Numbered from the stretch's first letter, positions 37,621-48,448 are shown. The stretch: 64,000 bases of DNA from an uncultured cyanobacterium (GCA_963718615.1 OY970368.1:3680001-3744000), one strand, 5' to 3'. Notes: generated from the letters alone by a model not told the origin. Made by a program: numbers and translations.

Positions 37621-40064
37621 ATGCATATGAATCGAAATCATCGCTGGTTTTTTCGCTGGTTTTTGGCCTTCGTTACGGCAGGACTGATAGTCTGTTTTGC
37701 TACTGACTTACTTGGTAAAAAAGCCCAAGATCATGCAGTTTTAGCCGTCTTAAAGGGACCGATTCAAATACAGGATCTCTACACCGTTCAAGGGCAGATT
37801 TTGGCAATCCGGATTGATGCTGGAAAAACAATTTTGGGGCGGCAAGAATCCTATCGAGGGGAACCGGGCGATCGCACCAGTTCTGATTCCCAAGGGAACC
37901 CCTGGCTCTGGCGTCGGGGGCAAGCGATCGGAGCGCTGGTGGGACCTCAGCAAAACATTCTGCGCCGGTTCGATCGCCTGGATGGACAGCCCTTGGATCT
38001 GCGTTGGGCAACTAGTCCCAAAACCTATCAGCTCAGCTCAGCCACTGATCCGGCCTACCGCCAGGGCCTTCAGCCCCATCAGGTCTTCCGCAAAACTCGA
38101 CCCACCAATATGGCCCAAACTGGCCCGGACAGCACCGTCTGGCCCCAAAGCCATACGCTCTACCTGCAATGGCCCCAACCCCTCCAGCCGGGGCAGCGGT
38201 ATCAACTGACGCTCTTGCCCGCCAATCCCCGTGAACAGCCGACGAAGCTGGCCTTTGACTACCAGCCCGATCGCCAAACCAGCGAAGCGGTCCATGTCTC
38301 CCAGGTGGGATTTCGACCCCAGGACCCCAAGGTCGCCTTTTTATCCACTTGGATGGGGGATGGGGGTGGGGTGGATTATCTTGAGGAGCCATCCCAGAAA
38401 CAGCGGGAAGGGCTGGGGTTTGAGCTAATTGAGGAGGGGACGGGGCGATCGCAATACCAGGGTCAGGTGCGCTTGCGGCGGCGAGCCCAGGAGACCGAAG
38501 TGGACAACCGCAACTATAACCAAACGCCGGTTTACAGCCTGACCTTCGACGAGTTCCGGCGTCCCGGTACCTATCGGGTCTGTGTCAAAACCGTAGGCTG
38601 TTCGCAGCCCTTTCCGATTCAGCCCCAGGTCTGGCAGGCTCCCTTTCGGCTGGCCTTTCGCGGGTTTTATCACCAGCGCAGCGGCATTGCCCTGGAGCCT
38701 CCCTTCACGACGGTGCGGCGGCCACGCCCGTTTCATCCGGCGGATGGGCTGGCGATCTATCAGTCTTCCACGCCGTTGATTGCCACGGGGAATGGGTTGG
38801 ATTATCGGCTAGACAATTTCAAAGCCCTGGTTGCAGGCAAAACCGCGTTGTCGATCAAAGCCTGGGGGGGCTATTTTGACGCGGGGGATTGGGATCGGCG
38901 GATTCAGCATCTGGAAGTGGCGCGGCTGCTGTTTGAACTGGCGGAGATTGCGCCGAAATTGACCCAGGAGACGTTTAATCTGCCGGAGTCTAAAAACGAT
39001 CTGCCGGACTTGATTGACGAAGCCCTTTGGGGACTGGACTTTTTCTATCGGCTGCAATTGCCCGATGGCGGGATTCGGGGGGGCATTGAGTCGGCGGAAC
39101 ATCCCAAGTGGGGCGAGACGAGCTGGCAGGAGTCCCATCCGGTCATGGCCTACGCGCCGGATGCTTGGTCGAGCTATGTCTATGCAGGGGTGGCGGCGCA
39201 GGCGGCGGCTTGGCTCCAGCCTCGGTTTCCCGAGCGCGCCCAGCGGTACCAGCAAAGCGCCCTCAAGGCCATGGCCTACGCCGAAGCCCACCGCCAAACC
39301 ACCGATGCCCCGCCAGACTTTGCCTACGCCCTGCGGGATGCCCGTAATCTTGCCGCTGTCGAGCTGCTGCGCCTTACCCGTGAGGCCCGCTGGCACCGCA
39401 TTTTTCTGGAAACCACCGTTTTCACGGACCCGAGCCAGCCCCTGTATCGCTGGGGGCAGCAGGACCAGCGGGATGCGGCCTTTGTCTATGCGCGGCTGCC
39501 ACAAACTTTAGTGAATTCCAAGGTTCAAACCCAGGCCAGAACGGCACTGCTGCGCGAAGCCCAAGAGTCTATGGGCCTCAGTCAACGCACCGGCTTTGGC
39601 TGGACCAAAATGGATCCCCAGCAGCCCATTGGCTGGGGCGGCAGCTTTGGCAATCCCCAGGTGACGACCTTAATTCGTGCCCATGTATTAACCCAAGATG
39701 AAAATTATTTAAAGACGGCTCTTCAATCGGCCCAGTTTGGCACCGGAGCCAATCCCCTGAATATGACATTTACAACCGGATTGGGTCAGCGTTTTCCTCA
39801 GAATCCCCTGGTGATTGATCAGCGATCGCTCGGCCAATCTCCCCCCCCGGTATCACCGTTTATGGTCCCCTGGATGTGCAGACGTTTCCCGACGATTGGC
39901 ATGCCCAACAAATTGCGCCCCAAGTCTATCCAGCCTTAGCAAAATGGCCCGTTACCGAAGCCTATTTTGATGTTTATTTGTTCCCGGCAGTGACCGAATT
40001 TACGGTGGCAGAAACCCTTGCACCGGTGGCCTATGCCTGGGGCTATTTTGCTGGACAGCCGTGA
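37621..40064 (+). pseudogene. Glycoside hydrolase family 9 (CelD-like N-domain), frameshifted at C8 39841-39848
   Basis: VSQVGF, FYHQRSG, GGYFDAGDWD, DEALWGL and GANPLN motifs. The C-terminus PPGITVYGP...EFTV..T continues in the -1 frame. Could be a true frameshift or a homopolymer error. Confidence 0.8.
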
Positions 40065-40255
40065 GTGAATTGCCGTGAAAATGTGCCCATTCAGTTTGAT
40101 AATTTTTACGCATGGTGACCTTATTAACTCAGTAGGCCCAATCTTTGCAGAGACTTTATTCCAGAGCCTACGGGTTAACCTCAAAACCTTTGTAATTTGA
40201 AACGAGACCTGTTGCAGGTGTTTTCCTCCTTATTATTTTTCTCAGGGGCCGATAT

Positions 40256-41584
40256 ATGCAGATGCAGGGCATGCAGATGCAGGTTATACAAGCTCAGAAC
40301 AGCCAAAACCAGGCTTGTTCGTCGGTTCAGCTCCGATTAGGTTACTTGGTGAATCAATATCCCAAAGTCAGCCACAGTTTTATTCGCCGCGAAATCGCTG
40401 CCCTTGAAACCGAGGGCATATCGGTCGTGCGCTTTTCAATTCGCACCTGTCAGGACGAACTGATCGATCCGTTGGACCAGGAAGAATTGCAGAAAACCCG
40501 TGTTTTGTTTCAGCCCCAGCCTGGGGGTTGGCTGGGGAACCTGGGGTGGATCTGGGACTGGGTGGTGGCGATCGCCCTCGTCTTTCTCCACACTCCCCTG
40601 GGCTGGCTGCGCACGCTGCTCTGGAGTCTCCAACTGGGAGGCCAAAGCGATACGGGCAGGGTCAAGCATGTGGCCTATTTTGCCGAAGCTTGCTTGCTGC
40701 GTCGCTGCTGTGCCCTGGCCTCGGTCAATCATCTCCACGTCCATTTCGGCACCAACTCGACGATGGTCGCGATGCTCTGTCGCCAACTGGGGGGTCCTTC
40801 CTACAGTTTTACGGTCCATGGTCCTGAAGAGTTCGATCGCGCCTCCGGTTTGGCCCTCAGGCCCAAAATTGCCCAGGCCGCTTTTGTAGTCGCTATTAGC
40901 TCCTATGGGCGCAGTCAGCTCTATCGCCAGTGCGACTATGAGCAGTGGTCCAAAATCCACCGGGTTCATTGCGGTGTCGATCAGCCCTTTTTGCAGCCGC
41001 CAACGCTACCGCCTCCGATGGTCTATCCGCCGGACCGGCCTCGACTGGTTTGTGTGGGTCGTCTCTGCGAACAAAAAGGCCAACTGCTGCTGGTCGAGGC
41101 CATTCAGCACCTAAAACAGCGGGGTCATTTTGTCGATCTGGTGCTCGTGGGCGATGGGCCGTTGCGATCGCCTCTGGAACAGTTGATTGCACAATATAAT
41201 CTTCAAGACCAAATTCAAATTACCGGCTGGGCCAGTTCCGAGCAGGTGCGATCGCAGCTTCTATCCGCCCAGGCCCTCGTCCTGCCGAGCTTTGCCGAAG
41301 GTCTGCCCGTCGTGTTGATGGAAGCCCTTGCCCTAGGCCGTCCGGTCCTGAGTACCTACGTGGCGGGAATTCCTGAACTGGTGGAACCGGGGGTGAATGG
41401 CTGGCTGGTTCCGGCGGGTTCAATGGAGGCGTTAGTTCAGGGGCTGGAAACCCTGTTGGCGACGCCTCGCGAGAAGCGTTGGGCCATGGGGTTGGCGGGA
41501 CATGAGGCGATCGCCCAACGCCACAACATCACCCTCGAAGCCCAGCGGCTGGCCGCCCTGTTTGCTCAAACCCAAAAAGATTAA
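40256..41584 (+). CDS. Family 4 glycosyltransferase (WcaL-like)
   Basis: YPKVSHSFIRREI, H.HFG, VGRL..QKG and EGLPVVLMEALA motifs. Confidence 0.92.
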   Translation: MQMQGMQMQVIQAQNSQNQACSSVQLRLGYLVNQYPKVSHSFIRREIAALETEGISVVRFSIRTCQDELIDPLDQEELQKTRVLFQPQPGGWLGNLGWIWDWVVAIALVFLHTPLGWLRTLLWSLQLGGQSDTGRVKHVAYFAEACLLRRCCALASVNHLHVHFGTNSTMVAMLCRQLGGPSYSFTVHGPEEFDRASGLALRPKIAQAAFVVAISSYGRSQLYRQCDYEQWSKIHRVHCGVDQPFLQPPTLPPPMVYPPDRPRLVCVGRLCEQKGQLLLVEAIQHLKQRGHFVDLVLVGDGPLRSPLEQLIAQYNLQDQIQITGWASSEQVRSQLLSAQALVLPSFAEGLPVVLMEALALGRPVLSTYVAGIPELVEPGVNGWLVPAGSMEALVQGLETLLATPREKRWAMGLAGHEAIAQRHNITLEAQRLAALFAQTQKD

Positions 41585-41597
41585 TCATTCCCCATCT

Positions 41598-42938
41598 ATG
41601 CAAGCGCTCAAAAAACCTGCGGTTCGTGGTGCGGTGTGGATCATCGCCAGCTATGGGGTCAGTCAATCCCTTCGCTTTGCGAGCAATCTGATTCTGACCC
41701 GGTTGTTGATTCCGGAATACTTTGGTCTGATGGCGCTGGCGAATACGCTGCGCATTGGTCTGGAGCTGATGGCAGATCTCGGCATCGAACAGAGCATTAT
41801 TCAAAACAAACGGGGGGACGAACCTGCCTTTTTGAATACGGCTTGGACGCTAAAAATCATTCGGGGCGTTTTGCTTTGGTTTATCTGTTTGGCGATTACG
41901 ATGCCCGTGGCCCATTGGTATGAGGACGATCGCCTACGGCTAATTGTCCCGATCGTGGGATTGACAACGATTTTGGAAGGGTTTTCCTCGACGGCGATCG
42001 CCACGCTCAACCGCCGGATGGAGTTGGGGCGATTTGTCATTTTTGAGTGGTTCATCCAAGTATTTAACTTGGCAGTTCTAATGATTTGGTCCTGGTTGAG
42101 TCCGAGCATTTGGGCGCTCAGTATCGGTGGACTCTCAGGGGCAATCTTGCAAAGCGTTGCTAGCCACTTTCTGCTGCCAGGACAACGCAATCGCTTCGCC
42201 TGGGATCGAGAAGCCGCAGAGGCTATCTTTGTCTTTGGTCAGGGCATGTTTTTTGTTTCGGCGCTAATGTTCTTAGCGGATCAAGCCGATCGCTTTCTGT
42301 TAGCCAAACTGGTTTCGTTTGAGATGTTAGGGGTTTATACCATTGCCTACACCATGGCAACATTACCCCGCGAAATCCTGCGAAATTTGAGTTATCGAGT
42401 CTTGTTTCCCACGGCGGCTAAACATGCAGAGTTACCTCGCCAGGAAATGCGTCAGATTACGTTGCGACAGCGCTTCTTTATCCTGCTGGGAACGGCCCTG
42501 GGCTTAGCTTTTTTAACTGGATTGGGTGATGAGGCGATCCGCTGGCTCTATGACGAGCGCTATGTAGCCGCCACTTGGATGCTACCGATTTTGGCGGTGG
42601 GGGTGTGGTTCTCAGCCTTGTTCTATACGGCAACGCCTGCCCTTTTGGCGATTGGTAAACCGGGCTATAGCGCCTACGGTAATCTAGGCCGGTTGATCAT
42701 GGTCACCCTAGGACTCCAGGTGGGGTATCACATTTCTGGGATTGTCGGGGCTGTGGTAGGTATTGCCCTCAGTGACGTAGCAGCCCACCTAACGTTGTAC
42801 TACGGACTATGGCGGGAACGGTTATTGTTTTTGGCTCAAGATATCCAGATGACCGCTCTGTACCTGGTGAGCCTCAGCATCGTCTTAGCAGGTCGTTATG
42901 CCCTGGGTTGGGGCACTCCCATTGACCTGCTATTTTGA
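41598..42938 (+). CDS. Wzx-type oligosaccharide flippase
   Basis: LILTRLL.PE.FGL, D.G....IIQ and DRFLLAK...LG.Y motifs; many TM helices. Confidence 0.88.
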   Translation: MQALKKPAVRGAVWIIASYGVSQSLRFASNLILTRLLIPEYFGLMALANTLRIGLELMADLGIEQSIIQNKRGDEPAFLNTAWTLKIIRGVLLWFICLAITMPVAHWYEDDRLRLIVPIVGLTTILEGFSSTAIATLNRRMELGRFVIFEWFIQVFNLAVLMIWSWLSPSIWALSIGGLSGAILQSVASHFLLPGQRNRFAWDREAAEAIFVFGQGMFFVSALMFLADQADRFLLAKLVSFEMLGVYTIAYTMATLPREILRNLSYRVLFPTAAKHAELPRQEMRQITLRQRFFILLGTALGLAFLTGLGDEAIRWLYDERYVAATWMLPILAVGVWFSALFYTATPALLAIGKPGYSAYGNLGRLIMVTLGLQVGYHISGIVGAVVGIALSDVAAHLTLYYGLWRERLLFLAQDIQMTALYLVSLSIVLAGRYALGWGTPIDLLF

Positions 42939-43011
42939 GGCGGATCACGTATCCTGCATTGGGCGCGAAGTCCGCGCCCCTAGGAATAAATGCGCCTTCC
43001 TTAGGCCTTCT

Positions 43012-43959
43012 TTAGGCCGCAGCCTTGGTGGCACGCAGATAATTGTAGGCAATGCGCAGACCGAAGCTAGGACCATTGCCGAGTCCGAGGAATCGCTGAA
43101 GATAGGCCTTAGCTTCCGGGACTTGGAATACCGGCTGAAGACCGTCGCGACCCACCAACTGTCCAAAGGCATGGGCAAAGAGACGATCGCAAAATCGCTG
43201 GGCCTGGGGAAACTGCCGTCGCAAATGGTACGCCGTTTTCATATCCGTTTCCGCATGGAGCCACTGCACATCGGTGCGACGCTCGTAGAGATTTTTGCCA
43301 TGCATTCGGTGGACCGCTAGCCGTTCCGGCACCAACAAACCTGGGGCCACACAAGCGGACGAAAGCCGCAGAAAATTATCCGAAGCAATGCGAATTTCAG
43401 GGGGAATCTGCTGCACCTGCAACAAGGTTTCTCGTCGGAAGCAAAGCCCCGTCGTAGCAGGCAAATGGGGTAAGCAATCGCCAGTCTTCAACGCCAGCCG
43501 AAAGTCCACCGCCTCAAACTGAGTGACCGTGGAGCGTCCGTCTGGCGGGAGCAGAGATCCAGCCGCATCCACATCGTCAAGTTCATGAAACAGCCAGCCC
43601 GCGCCGGGATGATCCAGGAAGTGAGCCACGATTTTCTCAACCTTATCCGGAGCAAAATAGTCGTCCGCATCCAAAAAACAGAGGATCTCGCCTCGGCTAG
43701 CGGCGATCCCCGCATTAAAGGCCGAAGCCTGCCCTCCATTGTCCTTCAGCACGGGCACCAATCGGCCAGACTCCTCGCGGTTGGCTAGTTCGCCGTAGCG
43801 CAGAATAATTTCGCGAGAGGGATCGGTGGACCCATCATCCACAACGACGACTTCAATCTTGGGATAGGTTTGATTCAGCGCACTCTCGATCGATTCGGGC
43901 AAAAAACGGGCGTAGTTATAGTTATTGATGAGAATACTCACCAAGGGCAACGACGTCAT
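43012..43959 (-). CDS. Family 2 glycosyltransferase
   Basis: VSILINNYNY, VDDGSTD, NGGQASA.N and FLDADD motifs. Confidence 0.92.
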   Translation of the reverse strand: MTSLPLVSILINNYNYARFLPESIESALNQTYPKIEVVVVDDGSTDPSREIILRYGELANREESGRLVPVLKDNGGQASAFNAGIAASRGEILCFLDADDYFAPDKVEKIVAHFLDHPGAGWLFHELDDVDAAGSLLPPDGRSTVTQFEAVDFRLALKTGDCLPHLPATTGLCFRRETLLQVQQIPPEIRIASDNFLRLSSACVAPGLLVPERLAVHRMHGKNLYERRTDVQWLHAETDMKTAYHLRRQFPQAQRFCDRLFAHAFGQLVGRDGLQPVFQVPEAKAYLQRFLGLGNGPSFGLRIAYNYLRATKAAA

Positions 43960-44123
43960 GAATGCTTCTTCCTGAGTAACGCGCAGTTGAGGCCGCCTGG
44001 GGAAGGCGATCGCCATATATTCAAACTACCGGCAAAACCCTATAAACCCGGATCGTTTACGGGATTATACAGAGACTTACCAAATTCCTTCATGACTGCT
44101 TTGCAAAAGCCCTCTCCTTACGC

Positions 44124-45617
44124 CTATCCCCTCGTCCAAATCGTAATACCCCCCGGTTTGTCAATCAGGGTAATCCCCTGATCTTGGAGCCCATGGCGAA
44201 TGCGATCGGCCTCCGCATAATTTTTGGCTTGCTTAGCCGTTGCTCGGGCGGCAATCAAGGCTTCAATCTCGTCCTCGCTAGGACCGGAGGCGATCGCCGC
44301 TTCCCCAACGGCAACCGCTTCTAACCCCAAAACCCGAGCCAACGCCACCAACGTTTGCCACTGCTGCCGCAAATCGGTTGTCTTAACATCTACTGTGTCC
44401 CCATGGACTAAAATATTCCCAACCCGCCGCAAGTTCTTCGCCAATTCGTAGAGCACCGCAAGCGCTCCGGGCGTATTCAGATCATCATCCAGAGCAGCAT
44501 TAAAGCGATCGCACACCCCCCGTTCCAAACCACCCATCACCCCATCACCCATCACCCCATCACCCATCACCCTATCACCCCATCCCAGTTGTCCCCCAAA
44601 CTGATCCCCAAAGAATAACCCCTCTTTCAACGTCGCCCAACCGTTGCTGGCGGAGGCGATCGCCTCCTCGGTAAAATCAATGGGTTTACGATACTGCCCC
44701 TGCAACACAAACAGCCGCAACACCATCGGGTCAATGCCGCCCTCATCGAGCATTTGACGAATCGTCGTAAAGTTGCCCAGGGATTTAGACATTTTTTCAC
44801 CGCCCACGTTGACCATACCGTTGTGGAGCCAGTAGTGGGCTAAGGGATGACCAGTGGCGGCTTCCGATTGGGCGATTTCGTTTTCGTGGTGGGGAAACTG
44901 TAGGTCTGCGCCGCCCATGTGGATGTCGATGGTGTCCCCGAGGCGATCGCGCACCATAGCCGAACATTCAATATGCCAACCGGGACGACCCTGGCCCCAA
45001 TCCGATTCCCAGAACGGCTCATCAGGCTTAGCGGCTTTCCACAGGGCAAAATCAAAGGGATCCCTTTTCTTCGTCGTCTCGGTTTCGCCAGAGGACGGGG
45101 CCTCCACCCGACCGCTGCGTCCGGCTTCCATCTCGTCGAGCTTGCGGCCCGAGAGTTTGCCATAGCCCTCAAAGTCACGCACGCTGAAGTACACATCGCC
45201 CTCCGAGGCATAGGCCATGCCTTTTTGTTCGAGCTCGTGGATCAGCCGCTTGATACCGTCGAGGGTGTGGGTGGCGCGGGGATATTCGTCGGCCTCCAAG
45301 ATATTGAGTCGGGCCATGTCCTCAAAGTAGGCAGCAATATATTTTTCGGAAACCGCGTCCATGGAGGAATTTTCCTGGCGGGCGCGCTTGAGGATTTTGT
45401 CGTCAATGTCGGTAAAGTTCTGCACATAGCGAACGGCGTAGCCGCGCCACAGCAGGTAGCGTCGCAGCGTATCCCAGGCAATGTAGGAGCGGGCATGGCC
45501 GAGGTGGCAGTAGTCATAGACCGTGACGCCGCAGCAGTACATCTTGACCTGACCGGGCTGGAGAGGCATGAAGTCTTCTTTTTGGCGGGTCAGGGTGTTG
45601 TAGAGCTGGAGGGCCAT
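44124..45617 (-). CDS. cysS: Cysteine--tRNA ligase
   Basis: CGVTVYD..HLGHAR, GRPGWHIECSAM, FPHHENE and KMSKS motifs. Confidence 0.97.
   Translation of the reverse strand: MALQLYNTLTRQKEDFMPLQPGQVKMYCCGVTVYDYCHLGHARSYIAWDTLRRYLLWRGYAVRYVQNFTDIDDKILKRARQENSSMDAVSEKYIAAYFEDMARLNILEADEYPRATHTLDGIKRLIHELEQKGMAYASEGDVYFSVRDFEGYGKLSGRKLDEMEAGRSGRVEAPSSGETETTKKRDPFDFALWKAAKPDEPFWESDWGQGRPGWHIECSAMVRDRLGDTIDIHMGGADLQFPHHENEIAQSEAATGHPLAHYWLHNGMVNVGGEKMSKSLGNFTTIRQMLDEGGIDPMVLRLFVLQGQYRKPIDFTEEAIASASNGWATLKEGLFFGDQFGGQLGWGDRVMGDGVMGDGVMGGLERGVCDRFNAALDDDLNTPGALAVLYELAKNLRRVGNILVHGDTVDVKTTDLRQQWQTLVALARVLGLEAVAVGEAAIASGPSEDEIEALIAARATAKQAKNYAEADRIRHGLQDQGITLIDKPGGITIWTRG
44531..44586. repeat. STRR-like (C)CCATCAC tandem repeat inside cysS
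   Basis: cacccatcaccccatcacccatcaccccatcacccatcaccctatcaccccatccc, encoding GDRVMGDGVMGDGVMG. Confidence 0.85.
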
Positions 45618-45721
45618 TGCGCAGGAGTGGATAACGACGGTTGAACGTCATTTATTGTAGGACAGCCCCACCCTTCCCTTTTCAAGGGTCCAAACCATTC
45701 ATAGATTTAACTTATATTTCT

Positions 45722-45735
45722 GTATTAAAAAATAC
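45722..45735 (+). promoter_or_regulatory. Putative NtcA box upstream of the HPP gene
   Basis: GTA-TTAAAAAA-TAC matches GTA-N8-TAC; no clean TAN3T -10 element at the canonical spacing. Confidence 0.5.
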
Positions 45736-45841
45736 GATTTAGTTTGACTTGTCGATTACGTCAAGATATCCTGACCTCAGTTCGAACCTCAATCGCAGCC
45801 ATTTTGCCCTAACGCATTTACTCTGGCATGTAGGTATTGCA

Positions 45842-46456
45842 ATGCAGCGTTCCAACCCACTTTTGCATCAGTTGCGGCTTGCTCATCGACGTTCTAGACG
45901 GCGATGGGTCAGACTCAGGCGCATCGGACTCAGGCGCATCAGCACAGCGCAATGGCGACGAATGCTAGAGGGAAAGGCTAACGAGTACCAGCCTCAGTTC
46001 TCCCTTCAGCACATTCTGTTGTCTTGGCTGGGCGCTTTTATGGGTATTGCTACCCTCGCGTATTTAACGGCCCAAACCCCCTATCCTTTCATTGCTGCTC
46101 CCTTTGGTGCAACTGCGGTCTTAGTTTTTGGTGTTCCCGATAGTCCCTTAGCCCAGCCCCGCAATGTCATCGGTGGCAATTTGATTGCGGCCTTGATCTG
46201 TGTACTTTGTGTGGCGTTATTGGGCACTGCCCCTTGGGTGATGGCGATCGCTGTCGCCACGACGATCAAACTCACCCAAATCCTCCGCGTCGTCCATCCT
46301 CCCGCCGGAGCCGTAGCGCTGTTAGGCGTTTTGAGTCATGCCACCTGGCAATACATTTTTACACCTGTATTAGCCGGATCCGTCATGATTGTTCTCTGCA
46401 CCGTTGTGTTTAGCAGCGCCGCTCCTGGTAGGGCTTATCCTAAACATTGGCTTTGA
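45842..46456 (+). CDS. HPP-family membrane protein (nitrite-transporter-like)
   Basis: APFGATAVLVFGVPDSPLAQPRNVIGG, VHPPAGA and YPKHW motifs. Confidence 0.9.
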   Translation: MQRSNPLLHQLRLAHRRSRRRWVRLRRIGLRRISTAQWRRMLEGKANEYQPQFSLQHILLSWLGAFMGIATLAYLTAQTPYPFIAAPFGATAVLVFGVPDSPLAQPRNVIGGNLIAALICVLCVALLGTAPWVMAIAVATTIKLTQILRVVHPPAGAVALLGVLSHATWQYIFTPVLAGSVMIVLCTVVFSSAAPGRAYPKHWL

Positions 46457-47183
46457 ACCTGAAGAGCAATTGACGATGAACCTGTGGCAATCCACCGCAA
46501 TCATACTTTTGGGTTGCGGCACAAGTCAGACTCTAGTTGCCTGCACAGCAACGCGTTTGAGCGTTTAGCTCTAACTTGAAAACGTCGATTCCGTTCCCTT
46601 AAAAAAGGTTGAGGTCCTGGAAAGAAGAAGCATGCTAGAATACCATTGTGTCAGGTTAAGAGTCAGCAATAATACTCAAGGTTAAGCAATCAGTCAAGCA
46701 ATCAGCCAAGCAATTCTAAATTGTAAGGTTTATGGACTATTCTAGGTATCGCCATCCGTCATCTTGACTCAATTAGTAAAATGAAGCTTCAAAATGAAGT
46801 TTCCATGAATAAAAGGTTCTGTGTTCACCAATCGCTTCGTGGAAGCTCTATTCTGCTAGGAAGCCTCATTCCAGTATTCTGGAGTTAAATGAGCAACATC
46901 TAATAGACAGCAGCCCTATTCTTTGTATATTTCTAATCAGAGGCAGTTGTGTGATCAATCAGGCACTAGAGCTTCGAGCGTTAGAGCTTTGACTCTAGGC
47001 CCTCAATGGAAAGCTTCGAATAGATTGTACACCTTGGCGTGGAAGCCATAAAAAAACAGTCCGAGGATTGTTTTCGATCATTTGATTAAGACAAAATCAT
47101 CCGATGGCACAGCGCTAAAAGATTTGGTTTTAATCAAAATTTTCCTTCAGATCCTACTTATCTTTTTTGCAATAGAAGTAGTT

Positions 47184-48305
47184 ATGAACTCAGCAAAGAC
47201 ACTAAAGTTTCTTGAAGATTTTATTCGCTATATCGCAGCAGTTGTCGCCATTTCTCTAAAGCCTTTTCCAGGTCTTTATCGATTTTTTCCTAGTAAAAAG
47301 ATGCAATCTTTTTTAAAATCTTGGGATATGACAATGCTCGTAACCTATGTTGGATCGCTGGGTAAAAGAGCATATATTGACCAGCGTGGAACACTTCCAG
47401 TTCCTACCCATTATAAGCCTTTAGTGGAAACAGATGAAAAGTATCGTCTGAGTGAAGACCAGATTCGTAGCTTTTATGAAAATGGTTTTCTCGGTCCTTT
47501 CACACTTTGTTCTCCCAAAGAAATGGCTGGGCTACGTGAGGAAGTCCATCGCCAAATTACGACTGTCTCTGATCTCTATGGCCATGTTTGCGGACGAGAT
47601 CGACATCTAGACTGTAAGGCTGTACAGGATCTCATTATGCGCCCTAAGATCGCTGAAAGCCTTGCTCAATTATTGGGTGCAGATCTTTGCATTTGGCGAT
47701 CGCAAGTTGTTTGTAAAGAGCCAGGAGCTCCAGAGGTCACTTGGCATCAAGCAAACACATACTTGATGGAAGAAATTTATAAGCCGACGCTTTTTCCTCC
47801 AAGTTGTAATGAGCTTTTTCAGCTAACGACTTGGATCGCTTTTGATGATACAGATCTTGAAAATGGTTGTCTTCAATTTATACCTGGAACTCATTACAAG
47901 ATCAATACGATGAGTTTGGGTGGCAAAGATTCTCAGGGTTTTGTCAATGCGAAGATCAAGCTAGATGTTGAAATCGATCCAAAGACGGTTTTTAGCGCAG
48001 AAATGAAAGCAGGTCAGTTTATAATTTTTTCTGAACGTGTGATTCATGGTTCTCCTCCTAACATTTCCGATCGCCGCCGCTGGGGAATGACCTTTCGAAC
48101 GATCAAGCCAGAAGTAAAGGTTTATGACGATGAACTGATCCACACTGTGGCCTATTTAGAAAAAGGCTATGACCTATCCAAGTGGGGAGGGCTGATGATT
48201 CGGGGCCAAGATAGGATTGGCGTTAATCGCCTCTATCAAACACCTGCAACGGATAAAGCATCAGAACCGTCGCGGGATGTGGAAAATTCAGTTCTCTGGA
48301 CTTAG
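47184..48305 (+). CDS. Fe(II)/2-oxoglutarate-dependent halogenase, SyrB2/BarB/CmaB-like
   Basis: F.ENGFLGPFTL, RDRHLD, WHQANTY (HxA in place of HxD/E), TTWIAF...ENGCLQFIPGTH and HGSPPN...R motifs. Confidence 0.8.
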   Translation: MNSAKTLKFLEDFIRYIAAVVAISLKPFPGLYRFFPSKKMQSFLKSWDMTMLVTYVGSLGKRAYIDQRGTLPVPTHYKPLVETDEKYRLSEDQIRSFYENGFLGPFTLCSPKEMAGLREEVHRQITTVSDLYGHVCGRDRHLDCKAVQDLIMRPKIAESLAQLLGADLCIWRSQVVCKEPGAPEVTWHQANTYLMEEIYKPTLFPPSCNELFQLTTWIAFDDTDLENGCLQFIPGTHYKINTMSLGGKDSQGFVNAKIKLDVEIDPKTVFSAEMKAGQFIIFSERVIHGSPPNISDRRRWGMTFRTIKPEVKVYDDELIHTVAYLEKGYDLSKWGGLMIRGQDRIGVNRLYQTPATDKASEPSRDVENSVLWT

Positions 48306-48351
48306 GAACGAGAATTAAATGAGGCCATTAGCGATCGCGTCGTCAAACAGC

Positions 48352-48378
48352 AAAGGGGAAGATTGACTTCCCCTTTTT
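48352..48378. terminator. Bidirectional terminator between the halogenase and hemL
   Basis: AAAGGGGAAG-ATTGA-CTTCCCCTTTTT. Confidence 0.7.
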
Positions 48379-48448
48379 CTATCATTAGCCCGCTGTCATG
48401 AATTTGAAGAAAGGGCAGATTGTACTACAACTGTTGCGACAACTGGCT

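Noticed and set aside
46457-47183. Long AT-rich intergenic region as a hidden gene or ncRNA
   Set aside because: Only short direct repeats (AAAATGAAG, CAAGCAAT) were found, with no convincing ORF or fold; it is treated as the halogenase upstream region.
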